The notes beneath the pieces were generated by a model that saw only the letters and a program-made list of their open reading frames with translations, had not been told where the DNA came from and did no database searches. A program made the translations under genes and the position numbers. Of a stretch of DNA of 64,000 bases, positions 18,056 to 27,250 are shown piece by piece. Source of the stretch: Gammaproteobacteria bacterium. Lineage in GTDB: Bacteria > Pseudomonadota > Gammaproteobacteria > Steroidobacterales > Foliamicaceae. Position 1 is the first letter of the stretch; each line of letters starts with the position of its first letter. Where the stretch lies: NCBI GenBank assembly GCA_026708965.1, contig JAPOTY010000034.1, forward strand, positions 15,323 to 79,322, read 5' to 3'.

Positions 18056-20158
18056 ATGCAAGCAAGCAACGAACCATTCGCAAAAATAATCGACGGCCCT
18101 AAACAATTCGTCATTCCTGTTTTCCAGCGGGACTTTTGCTGGACCTTTGAGCAGTGCGAGCAATTGTGGCGGGACGTAAAGCGTGCCGCCGAGAGAACAA
18201 TAGACAGCGGACACTTCATGGGATCGATTGTCTATATCCAGGGCGAAGGGCGCGCTTCTTGCCCCATCTATTTGCTGATTGATGGCCAACAGCGACTGAC
18301 GACGTTAACTGTGCTCATGGTCGCGTTGCGCGACCACATTCAAGCGACGAACTGGTCTGGAAGCGATGATGGACCCACCACCGAAAAGTTGAATACTTGC
18401 TACTTGAAGAACACCGCCGAGAGCGGCCAGAAGCGCTACAAACTCGTGCTCCGCCGCAGAGACAAAGCCACGCTCCAAGCGCTCATTGATGAAAAGAACC
18501 CATCCGAACTCGAAGCCGAATCATCAGAGTTGCTAGTTGAAGCGTACAAGTTCTTCCGATCCGCCCTACAGGCATCGGATTCTGACCCGGAGAAGGTGTA
18601 TCAAGGCGTTGCCCGTTTGAATATTGTTGACGTAACGCTCTCCCGAAATGTCGATAACCCTCAGCTCGTTTTTGAGAGCATGAATTCCACCGGAATCGAT
18701 CTGCGACAAAGCGACCTGGTTCGGAATTACCTTCTCATGGGGCTCAGGGAATCGGAGCAAACTCGTCTTTACAACGAGTATTGGAGCAAGATCGAGTCGT
18801 TTTTCCGTGCGTCCGGGAGCGCATTCGACGGATTCCTACGTGATTACATGGCGCTGGAACAGGGCCTGACGCAACAGATTCGCGGAGATCGCACCTACGA
18901 CGAATTCAAGTCTTTCTGGAATAGCGAAGCGGAGAAGCCGCTGGAGGACCTGCTCTCCGACATGGTCCGTGTTGGACGAACCTACGCGTCGTTTCTTGGG
19001 ATAGCAACGATGCAGCGGCCATGGCTTGCTGATGCCATGAGCCATATGCGGTCATTGAACACAACCCAAGCCTTGCTGGTCATGCGGCTCTACGATTCCC
19101 ATGAAAAGGATCGACTCTCCCGGGAGGAATTCATTCAAGCCGTGACATTGATCGAGAGCTACCTATTGCGCCGCGCCGTGCTGGGTTTGCAGACGCGAGG
19201 CTATTGGTCTGTCTTCGCACGAATTGCGCACGATCTCAATCCCGATTCAGTTTTTGAGTCGTTGAAGGCCGCGTTTGCGCGACTTGGCGGCAACTACCGG
19301 TTCCCAAGTGACCAAGAATTCAGCAGGGAGTTACAAGAACGCGACCTGTACGATCTGCGCGTGTGCAAGCATGTGCTCGACCGGCTGGAAAACTTCGAAC
19401 ACTCAGCAGAGCCTAGCCCCGTCGCTAACTACTCAATCGAGCACGTCATGCCGCAAGAGATCACACCGGAATGGGAGAAGATGATTGGCGAAAATGCTGC
19501 CGAGCAGCATGCGGCTTGGGTACATCGATTAGGAAACTTGACGCTGACGGCGTACAACAGCAAATACTCGAATCGACCGTTCGGGGAAAAGAAGGACATA
19601 AAGGGCGGATTCCAAGATAGCGCTGTACGGCTGAACAGGGACATCAAAGATGCTGAGCGGTGGACACCTAAGGAAATCGATGCGCGCGGAAAACGCTTGG
19701 CGGCGCAAGCGCTTCAGATTTGGCCACACCATAAAGCTGATGCGACTAGCATACAAGAAGCGGAAAGACGCGATCTCATAAAACGCGCGTCCAAACACAA
19801 TCCCAGCGAACTCAAGATGGACAAAGCTGCCCGGCAAGTGCTCGACCGAATTCTTGCATCCGTCCGTAGGCTGGGCGATGTCATAGAGGTGATCGAGCAA
19901 AAGTCCGTTTGCTGTTACTACGGAACTAGCTTCTTCGCCGAAATCCTGCCGATGAGCGGTTACGTCAGAGTGATGCTCCCACTGGATTTCAATGAGGTCG
20001 CAATACCCGAGGGGTTAAATGTATCCGATTCATCCTCATGGAAATTCGTTCCAAACCGAGTGCATACCAACAGCAACTTGATAGTGGATGTTGGAGGCGA
20101 AACTAAGGTCGCCGCATTGATACCAATGATACGGCAGGCCTTGGATCAGTCACGGTAA
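18056..20158 (+). CDS. GmrSD-like DUF262 / DUF1524 protein (type IV restriction-like) with an extra C-terminal domain
   Basis: 700 aa. The DUF262 motifs are FVIPVFQRDFCW and LLIDGQQRLTTL. The DUF1524 His-Me finger-like motifs are YSIEHVMPQ and HRLGNLTLTAYNSKYSNRPF. About 140 further C-terminal residues follow. GAAGGAG RBS. The DNA is visibly AT-richer than the flanks. Confidence 0.8.
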   Translation: MQASNEPFAKIIDGPKQFVIPVFQRDFCWTFEQCEQLWRDVKRAAERTIDSGHFMGSIVYIQGEGRASCPIYLLIDGQQRLTTLTVLMVALRDHIQATNWSGSDDGPTTEKLNTCYLKNTAESGQKRYKLVLRRRDKATLQALIDEKNPSELEAESSELLVEAYKFFRSALQASDSDPEKVYQGVARLNIVDVTLSRNVDNPQLVFESMNSTGIDLRQSDLVRNYLLMGLRESEQTRLYNEYWSKIESFFRASGSAFDGFLRDYMALEQGLTQQIRGDRTYDEFKSFWNSEAEKPLEDLLSDMVRVGRTYASFLGIATMQRPWLADAMSHMRSLNTTQALLVMRLYDSHEKDRLSREEFIQAVTLIESYLLRRAVLGLQTRGYWSVFARIAHDLNPDSVFESLKAAFARLGGNYRFPSDQEFSRELQERDLYDLRVCKHVLDRLENFEHSAEPSPVANYSIEHVMPQEITPEWEKMIGENAAEQHAAWVHRLGNLTLTAYNSKYSNRPFGEKKDIKGGFQDSAVRLNRDIKDAERWTPKEIDARGKRLAAQALQIWPHHKADATSIQEAERRDLIKRASKHNPSELKMDKAARQVLDRILASVRRLGDVIEVIEQKSVCCYYGTSFFAEILPMSGYVRVMLPLDFNEVAIPEGLNVSDSSSWKFVPNRVHTNSNLIVDVGGETKVAALIPMIRQALDQSR

Positions 20159-20329
20159 TTGTTATTATCGAGTGGTGACGCGCACGGGCTCTTCAAAGAA
20201 AGCTCCCATGAATTCCCCGTACTTGGCCTATCATAGGAATATGCATCCGGAGCGCTTTGGTGCGGGCGGCGGCCTTGCCAACCGCCCTGTTGACGGTCGT
20301 TGCGGCCGATAGGGGGAAAACAGATCGCC

Positions 20330-20890
20330 ATGACCGCAAAAACCCGTGTTGTGCCGCTGGTGGAAGCGACGCCCGAGGCGCTGGCCTCCTGCGGAGAGTT
20401 GCTTGGCCGCCACTCCGCGGCCAAGCCCTTGCCGATCCAGTTCTACGAAGGCTCGGTGCAGACCTACCGCACGGTGGACTTCCGCTCCGACGAGCAAACC
20501 GAGTTGAGCCTCGCGCATGTGCGGCGGCGGCCCTTCGAGGTGCATTGGATCGAACGCCATTTCAAGCATACTCAAACCTTCATCCCATTGGGCGGCGCGC
20601 CGTTTATTGCTGTGATGGCGCCGCCCACTGAAGGCGACCTGCCGGACTTGGATCAGTTGCGCGCCTACCGCTTCGACGGCTCGGCCGGTTTCACGATGAA
20701 GCTGGGCACCTGGCACGAATTCCCGTTCGCGGTGGAAGACGAGGCCGATATCGTGGTGATCCTCAGGCGCGAGGCCACCCAAAGCCTGATCGATACCGAC
20801 CCCGCCACCGGCGAGGTGCGCGGCCCCGATATCCAAAAGCAAGACCTCGTCAAACAGCACGGCGTGCGCCTGCGCTTCGATATCGAGTGA
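20330..20890 (+). CDS. Ureidoglycolate lyase (AllA)-family cupin protein
   Basis: IERHFKHTQTFIPLGG...PDLDQLRAYRFDG..G......WHEFPF matches the AllA-family pattern. The start was taken at ATG 20330 (MTAKTRVVPL); the track ORF starts at 20300. Confidence 0.6.
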   Translation: MTAKTRVVPLVEATPEALASCGELLGRHSAAKPLPIQFYEGSVQTYRTVDFRSDEQTELSLAHVRRRPFEVHWIERHFKHTQTFIPLGGAPFIAVMAPPTEGDLPDLDQLRAYRFDGSAGFTMKLGTWHEFPFAVEDEADIVVILRREATQSLIDTDPATGEVRGPDIQKQDLVKQHGVRLRFDIE

Positions 20891-20956
20891 CCGGGGCACA
20901 GGCCTGAAGCAACCCCGGCTCATCAGGCGGGATCATCAAGAAATTTAACAACTAAC

Positions 20957-20983
20957 TTGGGAATATTCTCGTATAATTCCCAA
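20957..20983. promoter_or_regulatory. Inverted repeat TTGGGAAT-N11-ATTCCCAA containing TATAAT, ending 1 nt before the ATG of the AAA+ gene
   Basis: Read from the sequence. TATAAT lies at 20972-20977 and GAATATTC forms a sub-palindrome at 20961-20968. No Shine-Dalgarno is visible. Confidence 0.4.
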
Positions 20984-20984
20984 C

Positions 20985-22133
20985 ATGTATGAAAGATTTC
21001 TTGCCACGCCCAACAGTTCGGTATTCCTGTTCGGTCCCCGGGGTGTCGGCAAGACCACCCTTTTAAGGCAAAGGTTTCCATCCGCCGCCACCTACGACCT
21101 GCTCGATTCCCGCGAGGCGGTGCGGCTTGAGCAGGCGCCGCAACAACTTTATGACGAATGCAGCGCGCTCGACAGAGGTTCGTGGGTGGTCATCGACGAG
21201 GTGCAGCGGATCCCCGCGCTGCTGAACGAAGTCCATCGGCTCATCGAACAGCGCGGACTGCGCTTCGTCCTTACCGGATCAAGCGCCAGAAAGCTCCGTC
21301 GCGGCGGAGTGAATCTCTTGGCGGGAAGGGCGCTCACCAAAAACCTGTTTCCGCTGGTTTCGGCGGAACTCGCCCGCAACTTCGACGTGAGCCAGACTCT
21401 GCGATTCGGATCCCTGCCGAGCGTGATTGTCAATCACGAGCAGGTCGATTACCTGCAAAGCTACACATCCACCTATCTTCTACAGGAAATCCAGCAGGAA
21501 GCTTTTACCCGCAACCTGGGCGGTTTCGCGAGGTTCCTGGAGATCGCCGCCCGGCAGAACGGCCAGCGGACCAACATGCTCAATATCTCCCGGGATGCCG
21601 GGGTGAAGCGCGGCACCGTCGGCAACTATTTCGAGATCCTAGTGGACACCCTGATCGGCTTCTGGCTGCCGGCTTGGGAGTTGAAGCCGAAGACGCGGCA
21701 GGTAAAAAGCAGCAAATTCTATTTCTTCGACTGCGGTGTATGCCGGGCGCTGACCCGGCGCTTGCCCTTCCCGCCGTCGCAGGAAGAATTAGGGCCGCTG
21801 CTGGAGACTTTCGTCATCAACGAGCTGCGGGCGTATCTGTCCTACAGGAATCTTTACTACCCGTTGCGCTACTGGTCTTCGTACAACGGCGTGGAGGCGG
21901 ATATCGTTCTGGAAACGGCTCGGGGCTTCGTGGTGATCGAAATCAAAGCAGCGAACCGGTGGGAGAAAAAATTCCAGCGCGGACTCAAAATAGCCGCCGA
22001 ACGCCTGGGCGAGAGGAAAACCCGGCGCTACGGCGTTTACCTAGGCGCTAGAACCCTGCTGCTGGATAACGTGCGAGTCTATCCGGTACGGGATTTTCTG
22101 GCGGAACTGTGGGACGGCGACCTCGTCCGGTAA
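20985..22133 (+). CDS. AAA+ ATPase with DUF4143 / nuclease-like C-terminal region
   Basis: Walker A is FLFGPRGVGKTTL and Walker B is WVVIDEVQRIP. The C-terminal EADIVLE...VVIEIK looks like a PD-(D/E)xK motif. Confidence 0.75.
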   Translation: MYERFLATPNSSVFLFGPRGVGKTTLLRQRFPSAATYDLLDSREAVRLEQAPQQLYDECSALDRGSWVVIDEVQRIPALLNEVHRLIEQRGLRFVLTGSSARKLRRGGVNLLAGRALTKNLFPLVSAELARNFDVSQTLRFGSLPSVIVNHEQVDYLQSYTSTYLLQEIQQEAFTRNLGGFARFLEIAARQNGQRTNMLNISRDAGVKRGTVGNYFEILVDTLIGFWLPAWELKPKTRQVKSSKFYFFDCGVCRALTRRLPFPPSQEELGPLLETFVINELRAYLSYRNLYYPLRYWSSYNGVEADIVLETARGFVVIEIKAANRWEKKFQRGLKIAAERLGERKTRRYGVYLGARTLLLDNVRVYPVRDFLAELWDGDLVR

Positions 22134-22151
22134 GCCTAGGCCGGGGAATAC

Positions 22152-23247
22152 TTAAACCCCCTGCTTGAGGCCGGCCTCGATAAACGGGCCTAGGGCGCCG
22201 TTCAGCACCGCCGTCGGGTTGCTGGATTCCACGCCGGTGCGCAGGTCCTTGACCCGCGACTGGTCGAGCACGTACGAGCGGATCTGGTTGCCCCAGCCGA
22301 TATCCGCCTTGCTGTCCTCCAGCGCCTGCTGCTCGGCCCGGCGCTCGCGCTCGGCCAGCTCGAACAGCTTGGCGCGAAGCTGCTTCATGGCGGTGGCGCG
22401 GTTCTTGTGCTGGGAGCGCTCGTTCTGGCATTGCACCACGATGCTGGTGGGCAGGTGGGTGATGCGAACGGCGGACTCGGTGCGGTTCACGTGCTGGCCG
22501 CCGGCGCCGCTGGCCCGGTACACATCGATCCGCAGATCGCCGGGATCGATCTCCACCTCGCCCTCCTCCTCGATTTCCGGCGACACGAACACGCTGGCGA
22601 ACGACGTATGGCGGCGCGCGCCCGAATCGAACGGCGATTTCCGCACTAGGCGGTGCACTCCGGTTTCGGTGCGCAGCCAGCCATAGGCGTAATCGCCGCG
22701 CACGTGAACGGCGGCGCTCTTGATGCCAGCCACTTCGCCGTCGGAAGCCTCGATCAGTTCGGCATCGAAGCCATTCTGCTCGCAGAATTTGAGATACATG
22801 CGAAGCAGCATCTCGGCGAAATCCTGGGCATCGTGGCCGCCGGAACCGGCTGTGACTTCGAGAAATGCGTTCGACGCATCCATCGCGCCGCCGAACATGC
22901 GCCGGAACTCGAGCTGCTCCACCTCCGCAGCCAAAGCTTCCACGCCCTGCCCCACATCGGCAAGGGTGGCATCGTCCTGCTCGGCAAGCGCCAAATCCAG
23001 CAGCTCGCTCAGATCGGCGGCTTCGGCGGCTAAGCGATCGAACACCTCAACGACCGATTTCAGGGCGGCACGCTCGCGCCCCAAGGCGCCCGCGCGCTGG
23101 GCATCGGCCCAAATAGAGGAATCGGCGAGCTCGGTTTCGACCTCGGCTAAGCGCCGACGCTTTCCGGCGTAATCAAAGATACCCCCGTAGGGCTTCCAGG
23201 CGCACGGCCAAGTCGGCAAGCGCAGGCTTGAATTGAGACGTTTCCAT
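22152..23247 (-). CDS. prfB: Peptide chain release factor 2, requiring a programmed +1 frameshift: join(23247..23176, 23174..22152)
   Basis: Frame 0 reads [24 protein letters not shown], then TGA. The site CGGGGGTATCTTTGAT matches the canonical SD-like plus CUU UGA slippery motif. After skipping T23175 the frame continues [13 protein letters not shown]...[19 protein letters not shown]. Confidence 0.95.
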
Positions 23248-23333
23248 AGCCACGAAATCGTACGGCAAGCGCCCTTCCGAAAGCAATACTGTGCGGGTTC
23301 AGGACATGTGGGACCGTTCGGTTTCGACTGTCC

Positions 23334-23573
23334 TTATGTTTGCGCGAATTTAGGGGATATGCCCTCAGGTTGCGGTGTCGTGCCGAAGTACCGCGCCAAC
23401 CGCAGCGCCGTGTCCGCGCTCACGCCCCGCTGGCCGTTCAGGATCATCGTCATCCGGTTCGCCGACACGCCCAGCGCCTTCGACAGCGCATTGGCCGACA
23501 GTCCCGCTTCATTGAGCTCGTCCCGCAAGACTTCGCCGGGATGCACCGGCCTCATTCCGTTCCTGGCACTCAT
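23334..23573 (-). CDS. higA: HigA-family HTH antitoxin, aberrant C-terminus (possibly decayed)
   Basis: MRPVHPGEVLRDELNEAGLSANALSKALGVSANRMTMILNGQRGVSADTALRLARYFGTTPQ, then a non-homologous tail. The expected FWLNLQ..YDL is partly visible only in another frame (LRAYPL). Confidence 0.6.
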   Translation of the reverse strand: MSARNGMRPVHPGEVLRDELNEAGLSANALSKALGVSANRMTMILNGQRGVSADTALRLARYFGTTPQPEGISPKFAQT

Positions 23574-23586
23574 TCCAAAATCTCCG

Positions 23587-23706
23587 TCAGTGATAATCCA
23601 CGATCTCTACATCGCACGGCCCTTCGTCCGTCCAACGAAAGCAGACACGCCATATTTTACGCTTTCCGTAAAGTATGAATGCTGGCGCCCAACTCTTGCC
23701 CTCGCT
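23587..23706 (-). pseudogene. higB: 3' remnant of a higB (RelE/ParE-fold) toxin gene
   Basis: Own translation gives ...SYFTESVKIWRVCFRWDEGPCDVEIVDYH*, with the stop 13 nt before higA. There is no start codon, and the N-terminal ~55 codons have no room because the neighbouring gene ends at 23719. Confidence 0.65.
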
Positions 23707-23718
23707 CCTCCAGCGTAG

Positions 23719-24084
23719 TTAGCGGATGCGCAGCGCGGCGGCGACGGCGCGGCCCTCGGAGAGCAGCACGTTGTAGGTGCGGCAGGCGGCGCCGGTGTCC
23801 ATCACCTCTAGGCCGATGCCCCGGTTCAGGAGGCCCATGCCGAGCTCGTGCGGCGGAAAGCTCTGGCGTTCGCCCGTGCCCAATAGGATGACATCCGGCT
23901 GCTCCGCGATGAGCGGCGCGAGGTGGTCCAGCGTGATGGCTTCGTCATCCCCCAAGGCCCAAGGGAGCACTTCGCGGGCGTTCAGCAGCACCGGCTGCCG
24001 CCAGACTGCCTGGCCGATCCGCAGCTCCCCGGGGTGCCAGGAACGCACGCGGAGCGCGCCGGAAGGCTCGAGTTCCAGCTTCAA
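23719..24084 (-). CDS. Mth938-like / DUF498 domain protein
   Basis: 121 aa. ...PDVILLGTGERQSFPPHELGMGLLNRGIGLEVMDTGAACRTYNVLLSEGR. Confidence 0.6.
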   Translation of the reverse strand: MKLELEPSGALRVRSWHPGELRIGQAVWRQPVLLNAREVLPWALGDDEAITLDHLAPLIAEQPDVILLGTGERQSFPPHELGMGLLNRGIGLEVMDTGAACRTYNVLLSEGRAVAAALRIR

Positions 24085-24102
24085 GACAAAGCCGCCGCCA
24101 CG

Positions 24103-25713
24103 CTACGCGATGAACTGCTCGCGCAGCTTGAGCTTGCTGACCTTGCCGGTGGCCGTGTGCGGCAACTCGTTGGCGAAGCGCACGGCATCCGGTATCCACC
24201 ACTTGGCCACCTTGCCCTCGAACCAGGCGATGAGCTCGTCGGCATCCGCAGCAGCCCCGTCCTTCAGGCGCACGATCAAGAGGGGCCTTTCGGCCCACTT
24301 CTCGTGCGGCATGGCGATCACCGCGGCTTCGCCCACCGCCGGATGCGACATCGCTACATCCTCCAGTTCGATGGAGCTGATCCATTCTCCGCCCGACTTG
24401 ATGAGATCCTTGGTTCGGTCGGTGATATTCATAAACCCGTTGCTATCGATGCTGGCCACATCGCCGGTATCGAACCAGCCGTTATCCAGCGCGGATTCCT
24501 CCGCCCGGTAGTAACGGCTGGCGACCCACGGACCGCGCACCTGCAACCGCCCCACAGCCTTGCCGTCCCGCGGCAAAGCTTCGCCGTTATCGTCAACCAG
24601 GCGCATTTCCACGCCGTAGGGCGCGCGCCCCTGGGTCAGGCGCTGCGCCAGCAGCGCGCCGGCATCCAGGTCCGCAGACCCGGCCGTGGGCGCGTTCACG
24701 CTGCCCAGCGGGCTCATTTCGGTCATGCCCCAGGCATGGCACACCTCAATGCCGTGCCGGGTTTCGAAATCCTCCATCATCGAACGCGGGCAGGCGGCGC
24801 CGCCCACCACCAGCTTGCTGACGGTTTCCAGTCGCTGGCCGGAGGCGTCCAAGTAGCTCAGCAGCCCCATCCAGACCGTGGGCACGCCCAGCGCGGTATT
24901 CACGCGCTCGGCGTTCATCATCGCCACCAGCGCTTCGGGATCGCCGGCCTTGGGGCCGGGCAGAACCAGTTTGCTGCCCACCATGGGCGCGCAGTACACC
25001 ACCCCCCAGGCGTTGGCGTGGAACATGGGAACCACCGGCAGCACGATATCCGTGCTCTTAAGCCCGATAATGTCGGAAAGGCCGCTGGCGTACGTGTGCA
25101 GAACGGTCGAGCGGTGCGAATACAGCACCCCCTTGGGGTTGCCGGTGGTTCCGGAGGTGTAGCACATCGAGCTGGCCGTGTTCTCATCAAGTTCCGGCCA
25201 GTCATAGTTATCATCCTCTCCCTCAATCAGCTCCTCGTAGCTGATCAGGCTGGGCACGGACGATTCCGGCAGCGCGCCCTTGCCGCAAAGCAGCACGTAG
25301 CGCTCCACGGCGGGAAAGGCAGGATGCAGTTTTTCCAGCAGCGGCAGGAGCAGAGGGTCGGCGAAAAGGTAGCGGTCCCCGGCGTGGTTAATGATGTATC
25401 GCAGTTGCTCCGGGAAAAGCCGGGGGTTGACCGTATGCAGAACGCCGCCCATGCACGAAACCCCGTAATAAAGCTCCATATGGCGGTAGTCGTTCCACGC
25501 CAGCGTCGCCACCCTGTCCCCCGGCTTGAGGCCGAGGCGCCTGAGCGCGTTGGCGAGTTGCGCGCAGCGCCGGAATATTTCCGCATAGCGGGTGCGATGG
25601 GCCGGATTCTCGACGGTCAGCGAATAAACCTCCGAGGCGCCATGCTGCGCGTTCACATGGCGCATGAGGCTGGTCACGGTCAGCGGATAGTCCATCATCA
25701 AGCCGTTCATCAA
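24103..25713 (-). CDS. Fatty-acid/acyl-CoA ligase (AMP-binding family)
   Basis: 536 aa. The AMP-binding motif is MCYTSGTTGNPKGV; also WFDTGD and a C-terminal ...PHTATGKVSKLKLRE. Confidence 0.85.
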   Translation of the reverse strand: MMNGLMMDYPLTVTSLMRHVNAQHGASEVYSLTVENPAHRTRYAEIFRRCAQLANALRRLGLKPGDRVATLAWNDYRHMELYYGVSCMGGVLHTVNPRLFPEQLRYIINHAGDRYLFADPLLLPLLEKLHPAFPAVERYVLLCGKGALPESSVPSLISYEELIEGEDDNYDWPELDENTASSMCYTSGTTGNPKGVLYSHRSTVLHTYASGLSDIIGLKSTDIVLPVVPMFHANAWGVVYCAPMVGSKLVLPGPKAGDPEALVAMMNAERVNTALGVPTVWMGLLSYLDASGQRLETVSKLVVGGAACPRSMMEDFETRHGIEVCHAWGMTEMSPLGSVNAPTAGSADLDAGALLAQRLTQGRAPYGVEMRLVDDNGEALPRDGKAVGRLQVRGPWVASRYYRAEESALDNGWFDTGDVASIDSNGFMNITDRTKDLIKSGGEWISSIELEDVAMSHPAVGEAAVIAMPHEKWAERPLLIVRLKDGAAADADELIAWFEGKVAKWWIPDAVRFANELPHTATGKVSKLKLREQFIA

Positions 25714-25745
25714 TCTCGGACCTCAAGCCATGCTTTCCGGGCGCC

Positions 25746-26666
25746 TCAGTTGCGCGTCGGCAACAAAGCGATGGGTTCGACCGGCTTGCCGCCCCGGCGG
25801 ATCTCGAAATGCAGCATCGCTGCATTGCCCGGCCCCACGCCCATGGTGGCGATAGGCTGGCCGGCGCGCACTTCCTGGCCTTCCTTAACCAGTATCTTCT
25901 CGTTGTGGCCGTAGGCGCTGAGCCATTCCGGGCTGTGCTGGACGATCACCAGGAGGCCGTAGGCCTTCAGTCCGTCACCGGCATACATCACCGTGCCGCC
26001 ATCCGCCGCATGCACGTTCTGGCCGCGCCGCCCTATGATCCTTACTCCGTAGTCGCCGGCGCGCGCCCGCGCGCTCTTGGCGTCAACGCGGCCTTGAGCG
26101 GGCCATCTCCAGCCGCTCCTGGCCGGCGCGCCTTGGGCGGCGGAGGCCTTGGGCGCAGAACGGGATGCCGAGCCCGAAGCGGATCGGCCAGCGGCGGCGT
26201 TCCCGGCGCTGGCGCCCGAAGCGGCCGCAGGGCGGCTTGCCGCGCTCGGACGGGCAGGCGCAGGCGCAGCCGCCGCAGCGGAAGTGGCAGGCGCAGCGGA
26301 GCCGCCTTCCTGGCCCGGCGGAGGCGTGAGCCTCAAACGTTGACCCACCAATATCAGGCTGCCGTCACCCAATCGGTTCCAAGCGGCCAGATCGCTCACT
26401 TTGAGACGAAACCGCCAAGCGATGGAGAATAGCGTGTCGCCGGCCACCACCGAATAGGCCTGGGGCGCCGGAGCGGCGGGGGATGCTGTGCCGTCGGCCG
26501 CCGGACTGGCCGCAGGCGTTGGCGCGCCCGTCGATGCCGGCTCCGGAAGCGCCGGCTCCTCGGGGATCCAGCCCCAGCATCCGGCGAGCAGCAGCGCGCT
26601 GGCAAGCGGGGCGCCTAGCGCACGAGCGCGACGGCAGGAAAGCAGGCGTTTCACAGGCACCACCAT
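25746..26666 (-). CDS. nlpD: LysM / M23 peptidase lipoprotein NlpD
   Basis: The lipobox is LLLAGC and the LysM domain is YSVVAGDTLFSIAWRF. An Ala/Pro-rich linker precedes the M23 domain (GVRIIGRRGQNVHAADGGTVMYAG..YGLLVIVQH...YGHN). The start is uncertain (ATG 26666 or GTG 26654). Confidence 0.85.
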   Translation of the reverse strand: MVVPVKRLLSCRRARALGAPLASALLLAGCWGWIPEEPALPEPASTGAPTPAASPAADGTASPAAPAPQAYSVVAGDTLFSIAWRFRLKVSDLAAWNRLGDGSLILVGQRLRLTPPPGQEGGSAAPATSAAAAAPAPARPSAASRPAAASGASAGNAAAGRSASGSASRSAPKASAAQGAPARSGWRWPAQGRVDAKSARARAGDYGVRIIGRRGQNVHAADGGTVMYAGDGLKAYGLLVIVQHSPEWLSAYGHNEKILVKEGQEVRAGQPIATMGVGPGNAAMLHFEIRRGGKPVEPIALLPTRN

Positions 26667-27250
26667 AACGCAAACACGGCCAGCGTGAGGCCGGCAAGCG
26701 CCCAGACCAGCTTGTCCGAATAGCGAATGCTCCGCAGCACCTTGGGGCCGAGCCAGGCGGCCAGCCCGCCAACCAGAAAAAAGCGCAGGCCGCGCCCGAC
26801 CAGCGAAGCGGCCAGAAACGCGCCTATTTCCATGCCTAGGCCGCCGGCGGAAATGGCGAAAACCTTGTAAGGGAGCGGCGTGAAGGCAGCCAGCACCAGC
26901 GCCCAGTAGCCCCATTGCTGATACCAGCTTTCCACTTCCGCGTATTCGTCTTCCCAGCCCAGGCTCTCGATCCAAGGCATCAAGGCATCGATCGCCAGAT
27001 AGCCGAGCATCAATCCGGCCAAGCCGCCAAGCATCGAAAAGGCGGTGGTGAGCGCAGCCAGCCGCGCCATTCTCCTAGGGGCGGCGGCGCACATCGGGAC
27101 CAGCATCACATCGACGGCGATCGGAAAGAAGATCGATTCGGCGAAGCTCACGGCGCACAACAAGGCGGGCGCTTGCGGCAACCGCGCCCAGGCTATCAAA
27201 CGGTCGGCGAAACGGGCCAGACCGCGCCCGGCGGGATTTCCGGAATTCAT
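26651..27250 (-). CDS. YqaA / DedA-like inner-membrane protein
   Basis: SFAESIFFPIAVDVMLVPM and FTPLPYKVFAISAGGL. ATG 27250 overlaps the pcm stop (ATGA). Confidence 0.7.
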   Translation of the reverse strand: MNSGNPAGRGLARFADRLIAWARLPQAPALLCAVSFAESIFFPIAVDVMLVPMCAAAPRRMARLAALTTAFSMLGGLAGLMLGYLAIDALMPWIESLGWEDEYAEVESWYQQWGYWALVLAAFTPLPYKVFAISAGGLGMEIGAFLAASLVGRGLRFFLVGGLAAWLGPKVLRSIRYSDKLVWALAGLTLAVFALWWCL

